Of a stretch of 64,000 nucleotides of DNA, positions 40,201 through 47,665 are shown one piece after another. The DNA is from Eubacteriales bacterium. Lineage in GTDB: Bacteria; Bacillota; Clostridia; Oscillospirales; CAG-272. Under the pieces are notes generated by a model, which saw only the letters and a program-made list of their open reading frames with translations, had not been told where the DNA came from and ran no database searches. The DNA lies in the NCBI GenBank assembly GCA_045126815.1, contig JBGVPD010000001.1, positions 3,776 through 67,775 of the forward strand, in the 5' to 3' direction. Within the stretch, counting starts at the first letter, position 1. Every line of letters begins with the position of its first letter. The translations under genes were made by a program, and so were the position numbers.

Positions 40201-40485
40201 AGAAGTTGTGTTTTGTGAAAACTCAATGTTGTATTTGTTATCATCAAGCGTTAATGATGTGAGTTTGGGTCCTGTGAACTCTTTTTGGTTAACGCCCAAA
40301 ATAACGTCGAGGATATTGACTTCTCCATCTCCGTTTAAGTCGTTTTCAGTTAAATAGTCGTCTCCATTCAAAATGGAATCAATTATTTTTTCGGCAACAG
40401 AACCGTTTATTGCTGCACCGACAATGAAGACTGTCATGCACAAAACAATAAGTGCCGAGATAAGAATCAATAATTTTTTCTTCAT
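37279..40485 (-). CDS. Large secreted multidomain carbohydrate esterase-like protein: signal anchor, dockerin-like loop, cadherin-like domain, Big_2, SASA/SGNH esterase, Big_2, and 2 LamG-like domains
   Basis: 1068 aa. Has DLNGDGEVNILDV, FFFITGQSNAQG (sialate-O-acetylesterase-type GQSN nucleophile motif), two Big_2-like segments, and two C-terminal ~205-aa repeats. Confidence 0.7.
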   Translation of the reverse strand: MKKKLLILISALIVLCMTVFIVGAAINGSVAEKIIDSILNGDDYLTENDLNGDGEVNILDVILGVNQKEFTGPKLTSLTLDDNKYNIEFSQNTTSYTVNLPAGRPRIPLVSATPENGASVDILQATIADTESTGTAKITVTNNKESNVYTINFVRAEVVDSLILQYEDRYVFTPDYSLSSNESFTFESSDTTLATVDNDGVIVAKKVSSTPVVINAKVNGEIKDTLTINEIHKAQINFFFITGQSNAQGSYDYTYSSSNLSSTEKNAEQRVQAAEQLKDLVMPEAPGRVYCYDVYITNVNADADKYLGQMFDMALVKREGFAAPMGKEYYNLSGEKVVFLRSAYSGAPIERWLDPTLYPTLAESNKNHYQATITGYNTLINNYLTSDNFEIRSKANFWLQGETCATMVWEYGADWIKPTAEKSLMTDEDYANMFLKFNSQMVDKFGIESNNILLVRAHGTDGAVKPAITAIRASQYALGNNYSNITIVSRLSDFAATNTSSLVGTPYEPYIGMIGSSNVHYTQKGYNKNGLIAAQNYFYNRDADTNSDVTSVEIIDSNGVDRLASNTTIELNVGKTKRLAAFALPEYSLGDVIWSSSDTKVATVNIYGLITIVGEGDAVITATASNGVSSSVNVKGLPSANKAYHYRWDFNGNLSSNTAYDANNLNLSDLAAGTNKNYSFSNGRLISSNATAANRPDFTMTFPVTISSELDWTIEWKADFSGSSILLGQKNCATNVNGSTKYLNYLYVVLSGNYHLKFANSEGTTKSINYGSTYSSYNTKDYAWKLSYTKQSATMSLYVLDSDEWTLVGSVQPGTFEATFNNILGRYAANGVSNFKGEIDYIDIQVAPATVIQDAHYKWDFINGSLESTGTANTLYLTEQSVSENSTATFADGAITLTSSAAKPGPNYKMTEEVVLTREYDWSIEWKAKMSYASVLLGKDTGSANKNCIYIGLNRNGTTQTLRLDDDTGKSISFTYASSYSEAQTLYKALNTWKLEYVSSTNTMSLKLWNTSTSTWDTLATANPTTSQFEKVTFNTLFGRYSTANATANFYGTVDYIDIVTKKSVVLG
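37303..38559 (-). repeat. Tandem intragenic duplication of a ~205-aa LamG/ConA-like module
   Basis: Repeat 1 covers aa 643-846 and repeat 2 aa 855-1061. They share HY(R/K)WDF, DW(T/S)IEWKA, LLG, WKL.Y, TMSL, F(N)..(L/F)GRY and NF.G.(I/V)DYIDI in the same order. Confidence 0.7.
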
Positions 40486-40529
40486 AAAAATACCCCAATA
40501 AATTTAAATAAATAAATTTTTTTCATAAT

Positions 40530-40558
40530 ATTATATCATATTATTAAGTGCAAGTCAA
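40530..40558 (-). promoter_or_regulatory. Sigma-A promoter of the 1068-aa gene
   Basis: On the minus strand: TTGACT, 17 nt, TATAAT. Confidence 0.55.
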
Positions 40559-40570
40559 CGGGAGAAAATA

Positions 40571-40599
40571 AAAAACACCTTCATTTTCGAAGGTGTTTT
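40571..40599 (-). terminator. Terminator of dapB
   Basis: Hairpin caccttc / gaaggtg. A plus-strand A5 run gives the minus-strand T-run. Confidence 0.65.
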
Positions 40600-40606
40600 G
40601 TTATTA

Positions 40607-41371
40607 TTAGATTATTGAATTTACGATATCGTTCATATCGTAAAGACCGTTGGGTTTACCTACCAAAAATTCAGCGGCTCTAACGGCGCCTTCAGCAAAT
40701 ACGTTTCTCGATGCTGCCGAATGAGAGAGTGTAATGATTTCGTCTTTTCCTGCGAAAATAACTTCGTGTTCGCCGACGATCGTTCCTCCTCTTACTGCGT
40801 GGAGACCAATTTCCGACTGATGTCTTTTTTGTTTCCTGTCATGTCTGTCGTAGACATATTCTGTTTCGATATCTCTCGTTTCTTTGAGGGCGTCAGCTAT
40901 CATAAGAGCAGTTCCGCTTGGTGCATCAAGTTTTTGGTTGTGATGCTTTTCAATGATTTCGATATCAAAATTGCAGCCCAACGACGAACAAGCCTTTTTA
41001 GCGAGTGCAATAAGCAAGTTTATTCCAAGTGACATATTTCTTGAATAAAATACAGGAATCTTCTCAGCAGCTTTTTTTATTGCTTCAGTTTCGCTTGAGG
41101 TGTGTCCCGTTGTTGAAATAACTATGGGAAGGTTGTTTTTTATAGCATAGTTAAGCAATCCTTCGGTAGCTGTGTGAAATGAAAAGTCAACTATTACATC
41201 ACATTTTCCGTTAAATTCTTCAATAGATACAAATGTAGGGAAGTCTGTATGGTTTTTGCTTTCCATCACGTCAACTCCGCCGACGATTGTGCAGTTTGAA
41301 TTTTCAGTGACAGCGTTTGCTACTGCAACTCCCATTCTGCCGTTGCATCCGGTAAGTAAAATGTTTGTCAT
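40607..41371 (-). CDS. dapB: 4-hydroxy-tetrahydrodipicolinate reductase
   Basis: Has GCNGRMG, EKHHNQKLDAPSGTA and HAVRGG motifs. Confidence 0.9.
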   Translation of the reverse strand: MTNILLTGCNGRMGVAVANAVTENSNCTIVGGVDVMESKNHTDFPTFVSIEEFNGKCDVIVDFSFHTATEGLLNYAIKNNLPIVISTTGHTSSETEAIKKAAEKIPVFYSRNMSLGINLLIALAKKACSSLGCNFDIEIIEKHHNQKLDAPSGTALMIADALKETRDIETEYVYDRHDRKQKRHQSEIGLHAVRGGTIVGEHEVIFAGKDEIITLSHSAASRNVFAEGAVRAAEFLVGKPNGLYDMNDIVNSII

Positions 41372-41400
41372 TTTTGATATTCCTTTATATTATATGTACA

Positions 41401-42285
41401 TTAGATGAGGTTTTGAGCTTTCATAGCAGCCATAAGTCTTGCCTTTGTATTTTCTTCCATCTGACAGAGAGGGAGTCTCATTTCGTCTGTGCACATACCC
41501 ATAAGAGCACAAGCTGTCTTTGCGGGGATGGGGTTAACTTCGCAGAAGAGAGAGTTGATAAGTTCAAGAAGTTTCAACTGTAAAGCAGCTGATTCCTTAA
41601 CCTGTCCTTTGAAGAAAAGTTCGCAAATATCGTGAGTTTCTTTAGGCATAATGTTTGAAAGAACAGAAATTACACCCTTACCGCCGAGAGAGAGGATAGG
41701 TACGATCTGGTCGTCGTTACCGCTGTAAATTGCAAGGTCATCTCCGCAAGCTGCTGCGATTTCGGCAATTTTGCTGATATCTCCCGATGCTTCTTTTACA
41801 GCAACGATGTTTTCGTGTTTAGCCAATTCTTTGTATGCGGGAATAGAAATGTTGCAGCCTGTTCTTGAAGGAACGTTGTAAAGGAAAATGGGCTTGTTTA
41901 CAGCGTCAGCAACTGCTGTGAAAGATTTTACAAGACCTTTCTGAGTGGCTTTGTTGTAGTAAGGTGTAACAAGCAAAAGAGCATCAGCGCCAACTTCACA
42001 AGCGTATTTTGATAAGTCGATTGCGTAATCTGTATCGTTACTTCCGGTACCTGCGATAACGGGGACTCTGCCGGCTGTTCTTTCAACTGCAAATTTGATA
42101 CATTCGCGGTGTTCTTCGTCGGTAAGTGTTGAAGCTTCACCGGTTGTTCCGCATATTACAATTGAGTCTGTTTTGTTGTTGATATTGAAATCAATAAGGT
42201 TTCCTAAAGCTTCGTAATCAACTTGGTTGTTCTTGAAAGGGGTTATTATAGCAACACCCGAGCCTTCAAATACTAATTTTTTCAT
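41401..42285 (-). CDS. dapA: 4-hydroxy-tetrahydrodipicolinate synthase
   Basis: Has GTTGEASTLT, PYYNK and VAVKEASG (Schiff-base Lys). Confidence 0.95.
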   Translation of the reverse strand: MKKLVFEGSGVAIITPFKNNQVDYEALGNLIDFNINNKTDSIVICGTTGEASTLTDEEHRECIKFAVERTAGRVPVIAGTGSNDTDYAIDLSKYACEVGADALLLVTPYYNKATQKGLVKSFTAVADAVNKPIFLYNVPSRTGCNISIPAYKELAKHENIVAVKEASGDISKIAEIAAACGDDLAIYSGNDDQIVPILSLGGKGVISVLSNIMPKETHDICELFFKGQVKESAALQLKLLELINSLFCEVNPIPAKTACALMGMCTDEMRLPLCQMEENTKARLMAAMKAQNLI

Positions 42286-42310
42286 GGTAAAATCTCCTTT
42301 TTTGATAAAA

Positions 42311-42338
42311 AATAAAAAAACCGGTTGAAAACCAGCTT
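42311..42338 (-). terminator. Expression-platform terminator of the L-box leader
   Basis: Minus-strand RNA AAGCUGGUU-UUC-AACCGGUUU followed by more U residues, 25 nt upstream of the dapA ATG. Confidence 0.6.
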
Positions 42339-42397
42339 ACCATGTAATATAATATGAACGACGAGTAGTAAATATTCGTTGTGTTGATTATATATAC

Positions 42398-42570
42398 ATG
42401 ATAGCTCTCCATCAGAAAACTGATGACAGTCCGGCACTTGTTCAGTGACGAACCAGCTCACCACGTCAACCGCTTATAGTGGTGAACTTCGGCGGATTTA
42501 CCTTTTGGGGTGTTGTTAACGGCAGCGGAGCCTAAACACGCCTAATAATTAAAACCGCACCTCTATCTGT
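42398..42570 (-). promoter_or_regulatory. Lysine riboswitch (L-box) aptamer
   Basis: The minus-strand RNA starts GAUAGAGGUGCG, contains CCGCCGAAG, and ends UGGAGAGCUAUC (P1 = GAUAG/CUAUC). It sits upstream of dapA-dapB. Confidence 0.8.
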
Positions 42571-42574
42571 AGCT

Positions 42575-42603
42575 ATAATAACATCAACAAACATATTTGT
42601 CAA
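42575..42603 (-). promoter_or_regulatory. Sigma-A promoter of the L-box-dapA-dapB transcript
   Basis: On the minus strand: TTGACA, 17 nt, TATTAT. The predicted +1 falls a few nt before the AGAGGUGCG box. Confidence 0.6.
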
Positions 42604-42647
42604 TAGATTTTTTCAATATCTCCAAGAAAGGATACATATACGTAAAA

Positions 42648-43709
42648 ATGATCGTAAATGAACGCATAGAAACAAAATTAACAAAGCAGGATTTTTGGTA
42701 TGATCTTCCTGAAGAACTTATAGCACAGACACCTTTAGACGAAAGAGATAGCTCTAGACTTTTGGTGTTAAATAAAGAAAACGGTGAAATAGAGCACCGT
42801 ATATTTAGGGATATTGTTGATTATTTTAATGAGGGCGACGTGCTTGTGGTTAACAATTCAAAAGTTATTCCTGCAAGACTTATCGGCAAGAAGAGTGACA
42901 GCGGTATAGATATAGAAGTATTTCTTTTAAAAAGTAAAGAACTTGATACGTGGGAAGTTTTGACATATCCCGGAAGAAGAACTAAGGTTGGAACTACGAT
43001 AATTTTTGGAGACGGAAAACTGAAAGCACACGTAATTGACGTTGTAGAGGACGGAAACAGAATTGTTAAATTTGAGTATGATAAAACTAATACTTTGATG
43101 TCGCTTATTGATGAGATAGGAAATATGCCTTTGCCGCCTTACATAAAAGAAAAGCTTGAGGATAAGTCGAGATATCAAACCGTGTATGCAAAAATTGACG
43201 GTTCATCTGCGGCGCCGACTGCGGGATTGCATTTTACGGAAGAACTGTTCGAAAGATTGCGTAATAAAGGCGTTAAGATCGCACCTGTCATGTTACACGT
43301 TGGATTGGGTACGTTTAGACCTGTAAAAGAAGATAACATAATAGATCACATTATGCACACCGAATATTTTTCCGTGAGTGAAGAAAGTGCAAATCTAATA
43401 AACGAGTGTAAATCGAATGGCGGACGGGTATTTGCTGTCGGAACGACCTCGTGCAGAACACTTGAGAGTGTATCGGACAGTGACGGTGTTGTACACGCTA
43501 TGTCGGGGGATACGGGTATATTTATTTATCCCGGATATAAATTTAAGGCGGTAGATGCATTGATAACGAATTTTCATTTACCTGAAAGTACGCTAATGAT
43601 GCTTGTTTCCGCTTTTTCTAGCAGAGATAATATTCTTAACGCGTATAAAATTGCTGTTGGTGAAAAATATAGGTTTTTCTCTTTCGGTGATGCGATGCTT
43701 ATAAAATAA
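42648..43709 (+). CDS. queA: S-adenosylmethionine:tRNA ribosyltransferase-isomerase
   Basis: Has [26 protein letters not shown] use ATG 42648 because the track's TTG at 42597 lies inside the divergent dapA promoter. Confidence 0.9.
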   Translation: MIVNERIETKLTKQDFWYDLPEELIAQTPLDERDSSRLLVLNKENGEIEHRIFRDIVDYFNEGDVLVVNNSKVIPARLIGKKSDSGIDIEVFLLKSKELDTWEVLTYPGRRTKVGTTIIFGDGKLKAHVIDVVEDGNRIVKFEYDKTNTLMSLIDEIGNMPLPPYIKEKLEDKSRYQTVYAKIDGSSAAPTAGLHFTEELFERLRNKGVKIAPVMLHVGLGTFRPVKEDNIIDHIMHTEYFSVSEESANLINECKSNGGRVFAVGTTSCRTLESVSDSDGVVHAMSGDTGIFIYPGYKFKAVDALITNFHLPESTLMMLVSAFSSRDNILNAYKIAVGEKYRFFSFGDAMLIK

Positions 43710-43737
43710 AACGGCGAAGATTATTGATTGGGAGTAA

Positions 43738-44676
43738 GTGATGAGTATAAAAGTTGCGGCTGTTGTAGGTCCGACAGCCTCAGGGAAAACTGCATTGGCG
43801 GTAGAATTGGCAAAACGCCTTAACGGCGAAGTTATATCATGCGATTCAATGCAGATATACAAAAAAATGAACATAGGAACCGCAAAACCGACGCTTGAAG
43901 AAATGGGCGGGATCTTTCATCATATGATAGATATCGTTGAACCTACCGTTGACTATTCGTGCGCTGACTATGCGCAGACTGCAAAAAATATAATCAGCGA
44001 AGTTGACAGCAGAGGAAAATATCCGATTTTTTGCGGCGGTACGGGACTTTATGTAGATCACGTATTGAGCAATACGACTTTTTCTGATGCCGGAAGAGAT
44101 GACGGGTACAGAAAAGAATTAGAACAGCAGATTAACGATTTTGGGGTTGAAAGAATATACGAAAAATTAAAAGAGGTCGATCCCGATTCAGCTGCAAATA
44201 TTCACCCAAACAACACAAAAAGAGTTATACGCGCGCTTGAAATTTATCACACAACGGGGAAAACAAAATCTTATTGGGATTACGAATCGAAGAAAACCCC
44301 TCCTATGTATGACGCGAAAATTATTTTGCTTGATTTTGCCGACAGAGAAAAATTATACGACAGAATAAACAGACGTGTAGACATAATGATGGATATGGGA
44401 CTTGTTGATGAAGTGAGTTCACTTTTTGAAGAGTATGGTGATACTATATCTTCGACGGCTTTGCAGGGGATTGGTTATAAAGAGATAATAGATTATTTGA
44501 AGGGCAATTGTTCTCTTGAAGATGCTGTTGATAATATAAAAAAGGGAACAAGAAACTATGCGAAAAGACAGTTGACTTGGTTCAGGAGAAATCCTGATGC
44601 TAAGAGGATTTTCGTTGATGAATGTTCCGATTTTGAAAAGATTGTAAATATTGCAAAAAATGCATTAACCGATTGA
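43738..44676 (+). CDS. miaA: tRNA dimethylallyltransferase
   Basis: Has GPTASGKT, DSMQIYK and the RNYAKRQLTWFRR tail. Confidence 0.9.
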   Translation: MMSIKVAAVVGPTASGKTALAVELAKRLNGEVISCDSMQIYKKMNIGTAKPTLEEMGGIFHHMIDIVEPTVDYSCADYAQTAKNIISEVDSRGKYPIFCGGTGLYVDHVLSNTTFSDAGRDDGYRKELEQQINDFGVERIYEKLKEVDPDSAANIHPNNTKRVIRALEIYHTTGKTKSYWDYESKKTPPMYDAKIILLDFADREKLYDRINRRVDIMMDMGLVDEVSSLFEEYGDTISSTALQGIGYKEIIDYLKGNCSLEDAVDNIKKGTRNYAKRQLTWFRRNPDAKRIFVDECSDFEKIVNIAKNALTD

Positions 44677-44701
44677 AATCTGCAGAAAAGTATGCTATAA
44701 T
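44673..44701 (+). promoter_or_regulatory. Sigma-A promoter of the MFP-like/yggS/sepF cluster
   Basis: TTGAAA (overlapping the miaA stop codon), 17 nt, TATAAT. Confidence 0.55.
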
Positions 44702-44802
44702 ACATTATTATATATTAGATTTAAGAAAATGACCGAAAGGAGAGGGTTGAAATTACAAAGAAGTTTATCAGAAATGCCACGATATATTTTTTTAGCGCAA
44801 TT

Positions 44803-46026
44803 TTGTCTATCGTGTTTATTTGGTATATCGCATATCATCTTCTTCACGGTCTTGAAAAAGGTGTTGAGACAACCCCTGCCGTTATAGCGTCAAAGGCTAC
44901 GAACGTTTTGCTTGATGCGTATATAGTGCGTGATGAGACGGTTATATATTCATCATCAAAAGGCGGAGTTAATTATTTGTTTGATGATGGAGAAAAAGTC
45001 GGATCCGGTGTGGTTGTTGCCAATATATATTCCGGCGCTGACGCTGTTGATGTATCAAACAGAATTCACGCTATTGATAAGCAGATTGAAGTTTTGGAAA
45101 ATGGCGGAGTATCCGACAATATTTCGGTTGCCGATTCGGATTCGCTTGATTCGAAGATTAGCGAATTATATTATATTATTCGTGATAAATTAGCCGACGG
45201 AGATGCAGAATATGCAATTTACAAGAAAGATGAATTTCTTGCTTATTTAAATAAACGATTAGCGATGACTCAAAACTCGGTTAATTACAGTGAACAGATT
45301 CTTAACTTAAAAAATGAGAGAGATGCACTTTCTCAAAAGCTTGTTGATCTTGATGAAGCTGTAACCGTTAAATCATCAGGTTATTTTTACTCTAACGTTG
45401 ATGGGTACGAAAATATATTTGATATCTCAAAATTAAAAGATCTAAGCTTGGAAACATACAAACAAATGGTTGAATCCGAACCATCAGATTATTCGGGAAC
45501 TAACTCTATAGGTAAGATGGTTAATTCATCCGAATGGTATATTTTAGCTGAAGCAACTCAGGAGCAGCTTAAGAAATTTAACGTTGGCTATGAGTATGAA
45601 GTTTCTTTCCCTTATAACTCTGATGTGAGTATAAAATTTAAACTTGAAAAAACCGTAAGAGAGGGCGAATCAGATAGGATCATTCTTGTTTTCAAAACGA
45701 ATGCCATGCCCGACGGTTTTAACTACTTGCGTAAACAAAATATTCAAATAGCTCAAGAGAGTTATACAGGATACAAAGTTCCTTCAAATGCCGTAAGAGT
45801 TGTTGATGGCAAAAAAGGAGTATTCACTCTGAATGGTAATACCGTTTCTTTTAAGGAGATCACGGTTCTTGTTGAACAAGACGGTTATTTTATAGTAGAA
45901 GAACAACCTAGCTATCTTGAAGATGAGTTTTACTACAAAAAATTGGGGTTGTACGATATGGTGATCACATCGGGCAAAGACCTGTATGACGGTAAAATAA
46001 TCAGTTCGTCGGGAGGTAAGTCATGA
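44803..46026 (+). CDS. Membrane-anchored HlyD/membrane-fusion-protein-like protein. The canonical-start call is TTG 44803; the true start is probably ATT 44752.
   Basis: N-terminal TM helix, a barrel-sandwich segment split by a ~100-aa coiled coil, then a beta-barrel. It shares an ATGA overlap with yggS. A strong RBS AAAGGAGAGGG lies at 44736-44746, in front of an in-frame ATT. Confidence 0.6.
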   Translation: MSIVFIWYIAYHLLHGLEKGVETTPAVIASKATNVLLDAYIVRDETVIYSSSKGGVNYLFDDGEKVGSGVVVANIYSGADAVDVSNRIHAIDKQIEVLENGGVSDNISVADSDSLDSKISELYYIIRDKLADGDAEYAIYKKDEFLAYLNKRLAMTQNSVNYSEQILNLKNERDALSQKLVDLDEAVTVKSSGYFYSNVDGYENIFDISKLKDLSLETYKQMVESEPSDYSGTNSIGKMVNSSEWYILAEATQEQLKKFNVGYEYEVSFPYNSDVSIKFKLEKTVREGESDRIILVFKTNAMPDGFNYLRKQNIQIAQESYTGYKVPSNAVRVVDGKKGVFTLNGNTVSFKEITVLVEQDGYFIVEEQPSYLEDEFYYKKLGLYDMVITSGKDLYDGKIISSSGGKS

Positions 46027-46748
46027 CAATTCAGGAGTTAAATGCAGATACGAAAGAGATACTGAAAACAAACGTTGAAAATGTTCGTAGTAATATTCAA
46101 AAGATTTGCAAGGAAAAACAAATTGAAAAAAATATTACGCTTCTTGCTGCTACCAAGACGGTACCCGCTGATGTAATAAATTATGTAACACAAGAGATCG
46201 GTGTTACAGACATTGGCGAAAACAAGGTGCAAGAGCTTCTTGAAAAATATGATAAACTTGATCTAACCAACGTTAAACTTCACTTTATCGGTAAGTTACA
46301 GACCAATAAGGTCAAGTATATAATTGATAAAGTTGACATGATACATTCGCTCGACAGTATAAAACTTGCAAACGAGATCGATAAACGAGCAAAAAATATT
46401 GGGAAGGTCATGGATGTGCTCGTTGAGGTGAACAGCGGAAGAGAAGAGAATAAATCAGGTGTTTTTCCGGAAGACATACCGTCTTTCTTGAAAGAATTGG
46501 AAAAGTTTGAGAATATTTGTGTCAAAGGTTTGATGACAATAGCCCCTGTTTGTGTCGAAAAAGAAGAGTATAGAAAATATTTTAAAGAAACTTATGCGAT
46601 TTTTATTGACAATTTGCAAAATAAATATCATAATATATATATGGACTTTTTATCTATGGGTATGACCGATAGTTATGAAGTTGCAATCGAAGAGGGTAGC
46701 GGTATCGTTAGAATAGGTTCGGCTATATTCGGTTCGAGATATAATTGA
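46023..46748 (+). CDS. yggS: YggS/YlmE family PLP homeostasis protein
   Basis: Has LLAATKTV (PLP Lys), HFIGKLQTNK and SMGMTDSYE. Confidence 0.9.
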   Translation: MTIQELNADTKEILKTNVENVRSNIQKICKEKQIEKNITLLAATKTVPADVINYVTQEIGVTDIGENKVQELLEKYDKLDLTNVKLHFIGKLQTNKVKYIIDKVDMIHSLDSIKLANEIDKRAKNIGKVMDVLVEVNSGREENKSGVFPEDIPSFLKELEKFENICVKGLMTIAPVCVEKEEYRKYFKETYAIFIDNLQNKYHNIYMDFLSMGMTDSYEVAIEEGSGIVRIGSAIFGSRYN

Positions 46749-46786
46749 AATTATAAAAAATAATATATAAAAAACGGAGGACAATT

Positions 46787-47269
46787 ATGGCAAGTGTTTT
46801 TGACAAAATCAAGGGATTTGTAAACCCTGACAGCATCACTGATAATTATGATGAGGACTATGATTTTATAGACGAGGAAGAGGCAATACAGGGTAATTAC
46901 AACGAACAGTCATATCAGTCACAGGCATACCAGAGCAACGTAGGAGGCGCAGGAATGAGCCTTAACGGTAACGCTCTTGAACTTAAGGTTATTCGCCCTG
47001 ATCGTTTTGAAAGCGTATCACAAATTGCTGATCACCTTCTTAACAAGAGAACTGTTGTACTTAACCTTGAAGCGACAAACAAAGAGACAAGCAGAAGAAT
47101 CATTGACTTTTTGAGCGGTGTTGCATATTCTATCAGCGGTAACTTGAAGAGAGTTGCAAACAATACTTTTGTAATCACTCCTTGTAATGTTGACGTATCT
47201 AATGATGCTCAGGAAGCTCAGAAGGCTCAGCCTAAGGCTCAGACAACAGATATTTACGACAATATCTAA
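46787..47269 (+). CDS. sepF: Cell division protein SepF
   Basis: Contains RPDRFESVSQIADHLLNKRTVVLNLE...IIDFLSGVAYSISG. Confidence 0.9.
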   Translation: MASVFDKIKGFVNPDSITDNYDEDYDFIDEEEAIQGNYNEQSYQSQAYQSNVGGAGMSLNGNALELKVIRPDRFESVSQIADHLLNKRTVVLNLEATNKETSRRIIDFLSGVAYSISGNLKRVANNTFVITPCNVDVSNDAQEAQKAQPKAQTTDIYDNI

Positions 47270-47287
47270 TTTCATAAAGACTACATT

Positions 47288-47324
47288 CTACCCGATCTGT
47301 TTGATTAAAAAACAGATTGGGTAG
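47288..47324 (+). other. 14-bp stem-loop between sepF and yggT (partial terminator or processing site?)
   Basis: Stem ctacccgatctgtt / aacagattgggtag (one G-U pair) with a 9-nt loop. The T-run begins only 8 nt further downstream. Confidence 0.5.
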
Positions 47325-47377
47325 ATAAAGTTGTTTTTTGAGGTAAATTTCTTTTTTTCTTTTGGAGTGAATACAGG

Positions 47378-47644
47378 TTGTTTTATACACTTTTTGTTGT
47401 GTCAGCGGTTATACGTAGCCTGATTTACGCGTTAAATTTTATGCTCTTGATAAGAGCTTTTTTGTCATGGTTTCCCGAAGCTTTAAATTGCGCTTTTGGA
47501 AGTTTTGTTTATACAGTGACAGAACCTTTGTTGTCGTTTGCGAGAGGAATTATATATAAGTTTGAGTTTTTTAGGCGACTACCTGTAGATTTGTCGATTT
47601 TCTTTTCGTATTTGGTTTTGAATATTCTGTTGCTTTTTTTATAA
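47378..47644 (+). CDS. YggT/YlmG family membrane protein
   Basis: 88 aa with LLIRAFLSWFP. TTG start 10 nt after GGAG. Confidence 0.8.
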   Translation: MFYTLFVVSAVIRSLIYALNFMLLIRAFLSWFPEALNCAFGSFVYTVTEPLLSFARGIIYKFEFFRRLPVDLSIFFSYLVLNILLLFL

Positions 47645-47665
47645 AAAATAGTTGAGGTGTAAAAT

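Noticed and set aside
42282-42464. 60-aa ORF between dapA and queA
   Set aside because: It overlaps the L-box aptamer and its terminator, so it is RNA structure and not coding sequence.
42597-42647. TTG 42597 as the queA start (17-aa extension)
   Set aside because: The TTG overlaps the -35 box of the divergent dapA/L-box promoter. The extension is also absent from the conserved QueA N-terminus (..[12 protein letters not shown]).
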